A stretch of 64,000 nt of DNA, taken from assembly GCA_040954595.2 (NCBI GenBank), contig CM082576.2, positions 4,748,760 through 4,812,759 on the forward strand, in the 5' to 3' direction. Under the pieces are notes generated by a model. That model made no database searches. It was not told the origin of the DNA and was given only the letters and a program-made list of their open reading frames with translations. The DNA comes from Balanoglossus misakiensis (lineage: Eukaryota > Animalia > Hemichordata). This document shows positions 24,408 through 38,100 of the stretch, piece after piece (within the stretch, counting starts at the first letter, position 1; every line of letters begins with the position of its first letter). The position numbers and the translations under genes were made by a program.

Positions 24408-25489
24408 GTAAGCAAATTAAGTTTAGTAATAACATGCGATCTTCTAGGATCTATTGATTTCCAGTTCATCCTACACAGACATAGATATAGAGATACAATA
24501 GGCCCACACGAGTGTAAACATTCATATTACGAAAAGCCTGTGGGATTAAAAAGGACAATCAACCCATGCCAGTTTGATCAGATATAAACTCAGCCCGGAT
24601 GAGAAAAATGCCTATCAGAGAGACATGAAAACAAGATTGGGGCATGATGATGGCACAGGCGAGCCAGCTTGGGAAGAGCGCCCTCGGGCGATAGGTCTCA
24701 GTACACTGAAGTGGAAAAAAAGCCATCACAGGTTCCTTTTCTCCTGAACGCGGTAACCATGGTAGCTGGTGTATCTTTCAAGAAGTGAAGTGTGAATGGA
24801 ATGTCAATCATACGCATAAAACTGTAGGGGATATCGGCCACAAACGTCATCGTTGTGATCTTGAACCTTTTGCGTTCATTAAAACTTTTCTCCTAAGAGT
24901 CAAACCACAGGTTTTGTTTATCTTTCTTTAAAAAATCCACATGGAAGTCTGATGGGAAGCCTACAGCACGTTTGAGAAATTATATCCACGCAGATACTCT
25001 GATCTGCTTTCATCACGTATTAAGGCGTTGATTACAACTTCTTTCTTTATTAAAATATTGCGAGAAAAAAAACATCACAATTTGGGCTCAGTTGTACAAG
25101 TTGTCATTTATCACAACAGCTGCTTCATATCCGAGGGCGATATTTGAATTCAACTGTCATTGCCACCCATGACCTAGTTTAAAGGCAGCATTAGGAGAAA
25201 TCTCAAGTGCCACCCTCGGGAAAAGTTCCGATTGTAAAAATTGATTGACAGCGTAATACACCAAATTGAGCCTTCTTCCCATTCAGTATTTGTTCATCTT
25301 CCTTTCACTCACCAAAAGGTCAACTCCCAAGAAACCCCAAACCATCACTAAAGAGGGGAAAAACAACCATAACTTCAGATATTCACTCTACCTTCGGATC
25401 TCAATAACATATGTCAAATCTATTGACATCGACAAAGCTAAGTCGTCAAACACAAACATCACAGGCTGCTGTTAGGTGACAAACAATGC

Positions 25490-25813
25490 GTTTTGGGTGT
25501 CAATCGAGTCGGCAAACATTTGATTTTATTGTTTTTAACCAGTTTTAGTTATGGTGTCAATTACTAGGTGTCGATAATGACTGTCGGCATGTGAGTGCGT
25601 GAGCGTGAGTGCGTGTTCCGTGTCAGATTGTTTTCCATAGACGTAACATGCAAGTAATCAGTGGTCAAAGGTCACTGCGTCAGTCGATCTAGCTCATTAA
25701 TATTCATGTCTATTGTGTTCAAAACATACCGCTGGAACAAATTTTCGCGCAAAAATTACCTCCGCGAAAGCAGCCAAAATAAATTCCACGCGAACAAAAA
25801 GTATTCCACAGTA
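25490..25813. mobile_element. Probable MITE/DNA-transposon end fragment
   Basis: The segment ends ...TTCCACGCGAACAAAAAGTATTCCACAGTA, a TIR-like terminus with repeated CGCGAA motifs. Its last 16 bp recur inverted at 56581-56596 (TACTGTGGAATACTTT). The left boundary is approximate. Confidence 0.4.
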
Positions 25814-28800
25814 TGCCTTGCTGTCGCGGCCTTCAAGGGCCTGAATAGATGATGTGATTTTCTTGGAAGTATATTACTGCATTCAGACAGCTTTGTACTT
25901 GTTCCCTCAGCGTCTTGAATGGTGCACATCAAACCTTTAGAGTTTAATTGACTGATGATGTTGTATTCATACAGTTGAGTTTGATTTGAAAGTACAGCTG
26001 CAACATTTTTTTTAAAGAAGGGAAAATGCTAGAAAAAAACCCTAAATTTACAACGGTACATTATTAGAATTTTGAACATAATTTGATATGTGTGATTCAA
26101 TCGATCTAATCTTGTGTGGAATTTATCATCAAACTGAGGAGATGTCTTATAATGAAGTTCACAAATATGCTCATAATCTGCATATCTTAATACACATAAA
26201 AATTCAAAATCTTATCATCCATCTCAAAAATTCTGGTGCCACTATTTGCACATGTTAACATGAGCTCCATTTGCACTTAAGGTGTCACTGTACGTGAAGC
26301 AATATCAATCATAGTACTCAGGTGAAGCCGAACTTCTTTAAAGATTGCTTTGTAAACCTAAACTGACATTCAACCATTCTCATTGCAGAGTTTTATGGAT
26401 TTTCCCCATGAAATCTAATCTGTCTGCTCTGATCGCTCATCCACAGTTCTGTCAATACAGCCCCTGTTTGAAATTCCAGGCAGGCATGCAAGAACTTCTA
26501 AATGAAATCTCAAATAAAATAGTGACTATTTTTTCCGCCTTAAAGTTCGTGGTCCACAAGATGATTATTTTTGTCAGTCAAATTTGAACCAATATTTTGT
26601 AGATGATTGACAATGACATGCCATCCAAGTAATCAACTTCACTGACCTGGTTGTTAAATGATATTTTTTCTCCTGCAAAGTTCTAGATTGAATTGTTGTA
26701 ATGACGTCAGCAATTTGCATCTGATCAAGATCGAACACTGTAACCATTGCAAGATTCACAGAAGTTATACTTTCACCAAGATCCTCACAACGTTCTCTGA
26801 TAATTTTTTTTTGTTTCAAATTATTCCAGATCAGAAACTATCCACAACATCCACGGATTTCATCAAGCCGGAATTAATGACAGGCAGGAAATCATTGCCG
26901 GCTCTGTAACCCCCCAGTGTTATTACAAGCACGAAGCGGATCTCAGCCGATTGGTTGATGGGTCGATGTGTCTGTACGCCACCAATTTACAATCCATGTG
27001 TGACATCATCAGCGACCAATTTTGCACCCTGCAGAGTTTTTCCAAGGGAATAACAACTTCCTCAAGTTTTGCATCCTGCAGTGATTTTTGTTGCAAATCA
27101 TGATATAGCGTGATGGCACAATTATAAGTGTCATCAAATTAAATAAATTTATTTTCTGCATGTGGAATGTGGTTTTTCTTCCCCCACTGGTTACTTTTTG
27201 AATGCGGTGTTGTGCCTGTCACAGCTTTCATCCAAGTTCCTCACCCAGCATAGTCTCAAACTTCCCAATGATGAGTAACATTATGTAATTGTGAAATGCC
27301 CTGAAAGGGACAAAATGATACTTTATGCACAGATGTAAATACCAAAACAGTACTTAATAGTCAAAAAAGTCAGTTTCATCTGAAAAATGGGTACTTTTAC
27401 GGTGCTGTAAATGAGTCCGTGCAAAATTGTTGTGGATTTCTTCACCGACTGTAATATGAGGATACTTACATTTTGTGAACAGAGAGGATGTATTATAGTG
27501 TCAAACCTGATATTACAGACACATCTCTAATCTGGACAGACCTTTTTTGAAGATGAAAACTACAACTTGAATAGGTATGGTATGTTAAAATGCATTTTCA
27601 TTTTAACTTCCTCCCCATCTTTTATACGGTAATAATTATTCAAGTTTGCCTCACACTGATATCCTGTTTTTTTTCCCACATAAATGTCACAGTTACTTTT
27701 TACTTTTTGTGTTGTTTATATTGTACAGAACTGAATGCCTTTGTGATACTGTTTAGCTGTATTTAATGTACATGAAAGTTTAATAAAGCATGGATTTTTT
27801 TTAAAACCATTGACTCTTTTTTTAAAGACTCTCCACTGGTTTGTGATTGTATTCACTAGATACTAATTAAAGCATTTAAAGTTTCATTCCAATTCTTGGC
27901 ATGTTTGGCTAATACACCACAGAAAGATAAACAGTCAAAGCTATATTGATTTTGCCATATTTCTTTTTTCCCTCTCTCTTGTGGCTTCAAGATAGCATCC
28001 ACAATGACTGGGTACACACAATTGAGGCATTTCAAGTAATGGTGTCATTGCAATTCAAATCTTTCAATCCATGCAGGTATCAAGCAAAAATTTGTTAGAC
28101 TTGCAACAATAACTGTTTGTTTTCAACTGAGACAGACAACAATTTATACAATTACTTTCTTGTTTCTTATCATAATCAGTGGTCAGTATACATTCCTAAT
28201 CTGTGCAGCTCAATCCTTTTTCTTTGTAAATTTGGGTAGATTTTCCATCAGTTTCTTTACCACAAACAATCCAAACAACCCCACCTGCTTCTTGGAAACG
28301 CATTAAAAATATCTGCAAACCATTTTCACAAATAAAGAAATACCAGTAAAGTGGAATTGCTGGCAGTCTGCAACATGAAAATTGCCTCTCCGTTGTTTTG
28401 ATGAAATTGCAGAAATGGATATGTCCTCTGGGAGAATACTAATTCTGCCTGAGATGGTTTCATCATCCCAGCAGTCAACAATAATGATTTTCAGAGAATA
28501 CATATCCTCCACTGAATGTAATAAAATATCACCATTGCTAACAACTCGACTGGAGAGATTTAGAGCCCGAGTCTTTGTGTAGTCACCAGGCATTCGAAGT
28601 CTGGAAGAGGGAAAAATGTTACCAGCTCTAATTTTTGTTTCAGGTGAAGGAGAATTCGAGGTCATATAAGGAGTTCTTTTAGTTAACCATCACAACAGGG
28701 TGAACATAGCCCACATATATGAACAGCTCATTATCCGTAAGAGAGAACGACCGAACACCCAATGGTGACTATATATGGAATTCTACCTCAGAGGCAAAAA

Positions 28801-29877
28801 AACTCTGGTTGTTGTGGCAACATCGGTATCAGGAAAAATGTCACATCGCCTCAGTGTTTCTCTTTTCCACACGGATGAATTCAACGATACGGGAATATTC
28901 ACCAGTGGAAACTGCCACGTACTGGGAGATTATGACTGAAGCGATATGTACACTGATCTCAGCTCAATTCACCCAACGATGTCGAAATAAATCTCAAATC
29001 TCTGAGCTCATCACTGCTGATATAATAGGTCAGCTTTTCCCCTTTTAATTGGCCTCTTATATCCCTCGCACACTGGCACGGTGATCCATCTTTTCAACTC
29101 ATTGCACTCAAAATCCCGAGTAAGTTAACAAAATCCACTGAACCCTGGAACCCAATTATGACTTCAATATCCAAAATAAATAGAACTTAATAAACTATTA
29201 GACGGCATGGGGTCTACTTGCCCAGTACAATTTATGGGAGAGTTATTGATGAATACAACGGACACGTTTTTATTAAACTCTTCTGTGAGCTAAGTGACAT
29301 AAATATTAAATTTTTTCGCAGTTTTATCACATCAAATTTTATTCTGCAAAAAACTTGGACAGATGTAATGATACAACAACATTTATGTAGGAATACTTAA
29401 TAAATATAATAATCATTTTTAAAAATCTATCTGAAATATAAAAACATGATAAAGTCTTAAAGAGTTCGCAAACACAATTTACAGATCAGAAAAACAACAT
29501 ATTCTTGTCAAGGTATGCACAGTGTGAAAAAAATGGGAGCAGAATCCTGTGAGGCAAAATATGCAAAAAATATGGGTTCAGGTACAATTTATGATGTAAT
29601 GTGGATGTGAAGTATATATTTTGTCTGTTGTGGTTTTTTTACAAATGTAAAAGCAAACATTCATCTGCTTGGCCATGTTTTATCACCTCAAATCTACATT
29701 TTCGATGCACAAAGTCTTGATGATATTGCCACATGTTACTACATGATTAGCATGTTAGCTGAAGGGGCGAAAAACTTGACCCCATACTGCTAGTGGAAAT
29801 GAAGAAACACGGCCCGGGTGTTATAATAATGCTGTTACAGGCAATGAAGACAAAATGTCCTCGTTTCAGTACAGTTC

Positions 29878-29913
29878 ATGATGATGGTGGTGGTGTTGAT
29901 GATGATGATGATG
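29878..29913. repeat. Imperfect (GAT/GGT)n trinucleotide tract
   Basis: atgatgatggtggtggtgttgatgatgatgatgatg seen directly. Confidence 0.7.
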
Positions 29914-31963
29914 GTGACAGGTGGTTGTGATGATCTATCCTCTCAACTCGGGGCAATCTAGTCATCAATAGAAGCATTTGATTGACCCAAGGGAATTTAA
30001 GTTTACCAATAGAAACTCTGCAATTGATATTAAATTGAAAGTATGTATGTCCTTTTAAAAAACCCTGATCACTGTGACAATCACCTAGTTGCAATAAAGC
30101 CACACCCACATCAACATCTTCTGGTCTGTTTATCTGTAGGGTAGTAATTAGCTACTAATGGTAAAAATTTCTGCCTCGGACGCCAGATGAAACAAATCTT
30201 AGTCACTTCAGCAAACAAATGAGAGTCTTTCATCAGACTGAAAGAAACCTTTGAAATAATACAGCCTTTATTTGTCAAGGGAGAAAGGGAGATACAAAAG
30301 AGCAATGGACTCTTGCTATTTATTACATCTGGAACTCAATCAGAAGTTAATGGGCTTTGGATGCGGAAAAAATTACTTTCCTGGCTTTGATTAGAACTGG
30401 TGTGTTGACACAGTGATTGATGGTATGACTAGGGACATTTGTGTATTGAGACTGCATGAGTATATAAAGTTTGAAACAGAGCAATCTAATGAAAATGACA
30501 CGACTTGATGTATCAGACATAGAGAATTGAATATGGTCTGCTGTACAAAGTATGTGTAAACTGGCTGCCTGTATCTTTCTGGATACACTTTCTGTAAATT
30601 GACACATAATACACTGAGACTCTCTGTCTCGACAGCAAATACTTGGGTTATGCTCCTGGGTTGTAAATGCACTAATATAGAAAACTGACATATAGATTTA
30701 TCCAATAAATTGTGATATTTCCAAATCTTACAAATCTAGAGGTGGGAGAGGGGGGTGAGAGTCAAAGTTACTGGAAATTGGGGGTGAGAGGATAGAGTAT
30801 TGAACTGGTGTGATTTGAAAAGATTTCTAGACTGAATATGGACACACTGACATATACCGGTATTACACTTTAAATGGGAATGTCATGTCACGACAATGGC
30901 AAATCCCTGTTGCAGCACAGAAATGTTTGCGAAACAGGAAATAGCCGAGTTACAATCTCTTTCATGTCAGCAACAACAAAAAAAGCATCAACTGCAAATT
31001 GAGTGGGAAGATCAACACTTCAGCAAGCGTGGACGGCCGAGCGACAACATTAAAACAGGATGTCTGTATCCGAGCGATCCCTATCACCTGCGTATATAAC
31101 CTCTCTTTTTTTTGGTCACTTGTTGGGTTTTAGTACTGCTCTCCGGAGAGTGCTAGATGTCAAATTAACCCACATAAACCATCAATATATCGATGCAACC
31201 ACGAGTAAACACACAGCCAAAGTCAAACCCAGGGGAGAAATTTACCCAGCTGATATACCTGAGACAGCACTCAATCTGGTTGCACTGATAACCACATCTT
31301 AATATCCCCTCTTTTTTTTACAACAAACTTTGATTAAGAATCTCTCCGGAATCCCGTAGAGAGGCTGGGCGGAGATTAGAAAATAACACAAACAGAATAC
31401 ATAGGCGTATAAAAAATTCGACTTCAGCCAAGCATTTGTATAAAGAATTGATATAAAAGAACAATCATTTTGGGGTTTAATTTGCTTGTACAAGATGATG
31501 TACAGGTTTAGGTGTGAAAATTTAAGGTTTTCCATCACGGTAAATATTTTTATCTATATGGCATGATATGCTGGCAACTTGTCATAAATTACACAATTTT
31601 AATACGAGCCACATCTGACTGATAAAAAATGTTTAAATACTAAAATGTATCTTCTCTTTAAAAAAATTGCACTGCGTGCCTTTTCATTGGTTTAGGTAAG
31701 ATTATGCTTTTCTTTGAAAATGGACATGCATTTTAAAATGTTTTCATTGTTTGCCATCTTAAAGCTTATGGAGTCTTTCTGAACAAGGCAAAAAGCATTA
31801 AAAGCTATAATTGTAATCTTATTTTAGCAAGGCAATTATTTTCCAAATTTGGTGCGGATAGAAGGCCATCATGATTTTTACAATACTAGACAGTGCTTTA
31901 CATTAATAATTTCAAAATTTGCAGAAGGACTCTTGAAGGAGGGACTATAAGGGCACAGTTTAA

Positions 31964-32048
31964 CCCTTTCACCCCCAGTTCCCTCTACAGAGGTCCAACT
32001 TTACCATAGAAAACAACAGTTTTGGAACAAACCATGGTGGTGAAAGGG
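31964..32048. mobile_element. 85-bp piggyBac-type MITE with TTAA target-site duplication
   Basis: TTAA(31960-31963)-CCCTTTCACCCCCA...TGGTGGTGAAAGGG-TTAA(32049-32052). The 14-bp TIRs have one mismatch; CCC/GGG ends with TTAA are piggyBac hallmarks. Confidence 0.8.
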
Positions 32049-32155
32049 TTAAGCTGTGACACCCACTGATGATTAAGCATTAAAGCTAAACAAACTCATA
32101 CTTGGGGTGGGTAAATTTATGACTTGTATTTTCAAGGTGTGTTTTACATTATACT

Positions 32156-35100
32156 TTATAGGCTGTCTCGTTTTATCCATATGTCTGGGATGTCCGGTGA
32201 ACTGTTTGGTAAGACCACCGGCTCCGTGTTTTGGAGACCTGACATTGTGTTTGATACCGTCCTCGTTATGAAGGAATTACCCTGGAGAAAGACTTCGGCA
32301 AAGCTCAAATTATTGGGTTGTATGAGGTGGAATTCTTGAAGTATTTTAGAGCCTCCGTTGACGTGTAATAGAGGCTTTGGGTGGCTGGAGTCTTTTGCTG
32401 GGAAAATCGGGTGCAGGATGGTTGCCGTGGTAACCACGGTTTCATCAGTGGTCAGCGGCTGCAACTCGTGCGTTTCCATCGGGTTGGACGAGTTGCAGTT
32501 GTTGCTGTTCATCATGGCGTCGTCGAACTTGTCCGTCTTCCTGCTGCGGCGGTGGCAGCAGCAGAGGGTCTTCTTCACCGACTGGCCGTTGCTGCTGCAG
32601 CACTTCTTGGGCAGCGGCACTTGCCCGCAGTTGCCCTGGGGTCCCAAGATGCGGCACAGCGACTGGAAGTAGAAGGTGGAGTAGAACCAGCTGATGGCCA
32701 TCACCAGCATCAGGAAGGTGCCCAGCTGGTTGTAGGACAGCACCGTGGACGGCATCATCAGGGCGCCGGCCGTGAACGTGGTCACGGCGGCCATCATGAT
32801 GGCCGAACCCATGCGGGACAGCGAGTAGACCACGCGCGACTCCCGGTCCGTCTCCGGCGACACCTTGTAGGCGATCCCGTAGTGTATGGTGAAGTCGATG
32901 GAGAGACCCACCGCCACGGAAATGGTGATCGACTCCAGGATGTTCAACTCCCAGCCGAGTAGCACCAGCGACGCCACCGTCACCAGAATCGTGCCGAAAA
33001 TGCTCAGCATGGCGAAGAAGCTGATGGGAATGTTGCGGGTCGTTATCAGCATGACGGCAAACGCAATGCTGACAGACACCAGCAGCGCCATGAGCGTGCC
33101 GGTGGAAATGCTGTCCTGTAAATCAAAGTATTCTAGGTAACTCACAAACCAGCCGCTCTGCAGTCCCTGAGGCGCCGTCCTCATCTCCTGCGAAACCCAA
33201 TCGTTGACAGTCGTCCAGAATTCGTTTATTTTGCCGTACGCAAAGGAGTACGGGTATGTGCTGTCAAACTCAACGATGACCGACCGGATGGTGTCGTTAC
33301 TGATATCGAACCTTGGTCCCGGGGAGTGTGCTCCAAAGCTGACAAACGGCATGCTGTGAAGTTCCATAACTGCGACTTTCAAGCAGTAGTTGAAAATGTG
33401 TTCCTCGTACGGAAAGGTGGCATCTTGACAACACGGATCTCCGTATAATTCACACGACCGAGTCGACATCCACGTCTTTAAGGTCTCTATAAAACAGTCT
33501 TTATAACTGAACCCTGCCACTGATCTGTAAAAAGTCTGATTTTTCATCTTCTGGCAAAAATTCAACAGCCACTCTTGCGATTCTGGCCTGGACACGCTGA
33601 ACCCCGGTAAAAGCTCTAGGCCACCTCGGTCGTCTGGATTCAAGTGACTCCCCTTGTCGATGGCCTTCACTCCAAACACAACCGTGATGGGCATGTTGTA
33701 GTATGAATTACTTTTCTTCTTTTCAAACCAGAACCTGTCCATGTACTCTAGTGTGTAACGCTCCAACAAATGCGACGATGTAAATACTTGGAATTCAGCT
33801 GAGGTCGGCAGGCGGAGCTTGGGTACAAAATATACAATTACGAAACCTCCGATCGCCAGCGCTGATAACAAAACCAACCAAAGAAAGCGCAACTTGATGA
33901 CTACGCATGGAAGCAGTTTATCAAAAAATATCCTGGAAGATTCTGAAAAGATAAAATGTACTTTGTGAAGACAGGAGAAATATTTGCCCGTGGCGTACTT
34001 TTTCTTCTTTTGGCAAGCGCACAGTGATATGAAGAGTTTGTCGTGCAGAGATACAACCGCCGGCAGCCAGGTGACGGTCAGAAGGAAATTACACAAGACC
34101 GCGGTGCCGGCGTAGATTCCAAAACAGGAGACGGCCGTGATGGGACTGACGATGTTGGCGTAGAAAGCGGCGGCTGTCGTGAAACTCGTGACGAACATCG
34201 TGACGGCGCTGTGCTGGAAGGATTCCTCCACTATGCTTTGGTGGTCCGCCTGAGGTCGGTCTTCTTTTGTGTGTCGCCAAATGTCGCAGAAGACGAAGGC
34301 GTCGTCAGCACCGATCCCGATGAGGATCACCACGGTGCAGAGGTTCATGAAGGGGAAAAAGGAAATCTGGAATATGGCAGTGTAAATGAAATAGGCAAGT
34401 AGGAGCGAGAAAATCATCGATAAGAGAGTCATCGCGGTTATGAACAAGGAACCGATGTATATCCACATTATTAGGAAGATGATACTGGCGGCGATGACGA
34501 GAAAGACTGTGTCGTTTTTCAAGTAATCGGTAAATAAGTCATATTTGATGCCAAAGTAGGCTGCTGTTATCTGCGTCACGCCGTCGCTTTTCGCTTTGGT
34601 GTCGTGGAAGTTTTCGTTGTAGACGTCCATCATGTGCAGGCCGGCGTGAAACGGCAGAAACGTCATGGCAGCCAGCAACTTGTCGCTGCCCGGCCGCTCG
34701 GGGTCCAAGAACTCGACGCTGCTCAGGTAGTGCAGAACGTTGTAGACCCCGTTGTGGCGCGTGCACACGTCCGGGATGAAGCAGTGGTTCTCCGACTGGG
34801 TCCAGCAGTTGCCGTGCAAGGTTCCATTGAGGTAGAATCCGTGGCAGTGTTTGATGATGCGGAGGGCCCTCTTAACGTCCCCGTCGTCGATTGCCTCACA
34901 CGTCTTGTTGTTCATCGAGGCCACGTAGTTGCCCAAGGACCAGCTCAGGCACGGCGTCTGCAACGATCGGTGAGAGCGTATCAGCCGCTCCTCCATCTGG
35001 CACATCGACTTCATTCTGGCCGCGTTGAACAGATTGCCGCCCTTCCGCGCCGCTTCGAACACGAGTCTTGCATCGGAACTTCCTGGAGGCAAACAAACAG

Positions 35101-38100
35101 AGAGCACACAATTTCATTGGCAATAAATAATCAGCTAACCCAGAATTCGATTTAGCAATTAGATTAGAGAAACTCTCACTGCATGCACGTATTAACTTAC
35201 CACCTCAAGACATTGTGTATACCAGTATAAGCACTGGATTGTAAGATTTCCCATGCTCTAAACGCCTCAAGTGGATTGAGAGCGACATGGGAGTTAAGAG
35301 TACATCATTTGTGTTTAACCGTATTTTATGCTTTCAGTTTAGCCCAATTTTATCGGGGCTCCAGATAAGTAAATTGAAAGTAAGATTCATCAGTCAGTGA
35401 ATTCTATGGCACAAAATTCACTGACAATTAATGTGAGATTTGGCTTAAATTTCCCCATGTAGCAGCTGAGGTATTAAATATACAATAACATGCACAAATT
35501 CTGCAACACGAAAATAGATTGAATACACCCCATTCATTTGGAAATTGTCTGGTAAAGTCACTTTTTTTCACACCACAACTAGCTGTCATCTCAAACTAAA
35601 AATTTCACCTGAGCAAGTTCACGCCAATAGATCGACACTCAACAAAACACACAGAAGAAGAAATCAATTGATAGAGCTGATCCACAATCTTGTTACTGAC
35701 CCTCCAAGCCTCGACCCTGACAGTGATTGATGCGCAGATGTTATTTGCTTCACCTGTCTGTAGATGTTACCATTACTGGTATTCCCCTTAAGAGTTAATA
35801 ATCTAATTCTCTCCAATAACACTGCGGAGTTTTAGATTAGTAATCTGAGGTGTGCTTAATTTATAGTCAGCTGTAGTACTGAATACTCAATTACACCTCT
35901 GCCTGCTCATGCCATCGTGTCAATTTCTAATTTCCTCAGTTCATCCAAAACCTCTGCTCGTTGTGAACTCATTTGACCAAAACAAATATTGTTTTCAGTA
36001 GCTACCCAGTTTCAATATCCATCATTCGTTCATTTGTTCGTCAATTTGTTTTTATAGACTTTTGCGCTATGTAACAGGTTAATAAACTTTCAAAGTAGAT
36101 TCATTCATAAATGAATTAAAGGGCACAATGATTTTCTCTTTTAATAGTTTAAGGAACAGGTTTTGTAAAGAAGTTAGTCTGAGCATTGTAAGATGACTAT
36201 ATACTAAAAAAACACCACTGTCCACAAACACGAGTCCTTAATACTTGTGACCTTTTTCTCAACCTTTTTCCACTATTCAAGTACTTATAAGTATACACGT
36301 GAAAAGGAGGTAAAATTCACTCATAGATGAGGAAACATGAACTACTATCAAGTAAGAAACAAATCGACAAACTAGATTGGAAGTACAACTCTGATTTAAC
36401 TGACATTTATTGGCAAAGGGTTGAGTTCGCGGAGGAAAGGTGACGACTTATAAAGCTGGAAATGTAGTATTAATCCCAACATGCTGGATCAATGTGAGAA
36501 TGTAAAAATATAGGTGAACTCAGGGTACTTTGAGAAGAAATATGTTACATGGAAACAGTATGTGTCATGCAACTGACACTAGATTACATATTTTTCAAAC
36601 AAAGCTGGTGCAAATCTAAAATACTTCCCTTGATATCAATGCAACATTCTGTCACAAGACAAATTTTCAATGTGTCAGTATTTAGAATAGACTGCACATG
36701 ACTGCATCATTAGTCATTTAGTACTGTAATATATATGACTGATTATGATACTGACACGTGAAGTTATGTACTGATTTTTGTGACAACATTTAGGACATGG
36801 ATTTTGTCATGGTTTGGTATTGAGCTTCAAGTTCAGCACTCGAAATAACCATGCAGGTTGGTGCATGCAACCATCTGCCATGTATGCTTGTGGTCGCTGA
36901 CCATATAATTTCAAAACTCGGAACAACTTGTTTTTATACAAAGGCAGGTCAACCAGTCGCCCAGTGACTGAATAGTGTACGTTTCAATTTAACTGACAGG
37001 TATTTGTACAAGAGCCAACTTCTGCCACTGACATCCAACTATTTTATCATTCGCAATGCGCATGTTGGTGAAAATATTGCAGCCTGGATATGGGCTCGAA
37101 GCTGAGTCTCCTTGCATCAGATGAATTGCTTGGCAGATCGATCCCTACAAGTTTGAAAAAAACAACCACCTGCTCCTCCAGACATGTCAATCCAATATTG
37201 AAGTAGTAAAAACGAAACATGTCAGAGTCAATTGACCTTCAATATAACATTGTTTTTACACATTTCTCTCACGAAGCAGGGTCATAAAGGGATATTGAAA
37301 TACATCAAAGATAGACATAACACTATTGATCTTTCCATTCAATTGGATGGCAGACAAAGTACTTTTTGGATCAAGATCTGATAAAATATGTTGTGTACAA
37401 AGTTGACTCATTCAGCCTCACGCGGTTTACTGCATACCATTCGAAAAACCGTGAAGTTAAACCCATGCACAGACTAACACGTACAATCACCTAATAACAC
37501 CACATCCCTGTGGAACATTTGAAAGCCAGCAAATGTTTTTCTATGTGTTTATCAAACAGGAATCCTTGCAGTACCGTGACTAAAAGGTTTTTTACAGTTT
37601 ATTTTGTCATGTCACGCCAACATTTAACACACTCTATTTGTTTGATTACGGTCCACACAACCAGGCATATATGTGGGTCCAATGCAGTCAAAACCTGCTA
37701 CAATGATAACGTGCATTATCACTTACTAAAACCGACTTCAAAAGTCACCGAACGTGAATTACTGAATGCATGCTGTGTGCAGGATATCAGCTGTTACTGG
37801 AGTCCATCAATTTGATCAAATCCAGCCGCGAGACACCCCAGTGAAAGTTGTCGAATGTATTTATCTATATATATACATCATGTAATGGACAAATAACAAG
37901 GAAACCTCAGAAATGTGTAGCGTTTTGTTTGATCAGGTCTTATCTCAAACAACTACCACAAACTGTGACCAGAATGACTATATCCCTCCCGTGGCATGAT
38001 GGTGGGAAAGGTCTTTCAAATTAGGCTAATCCCTGCTTCTTTAGTATATCTGGAAGAGAAATTTCACAATTGTTACCATAGGAAACTCCAGTGAAAAATA

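Noticed and set aside
24408-27550. Candidate terminal exons of the EF-hand gene (24465, 25120, 27333, 27483)
   Set aside because: Several acceptors give short tails and none is clearly right, so the 3' end is left unresolved.
32358-35155. Several long plus-strand ORFs (193, 183, 119 aa)
   Set aside because: Antisense shadows of the GC3-rich Dispatched exon.
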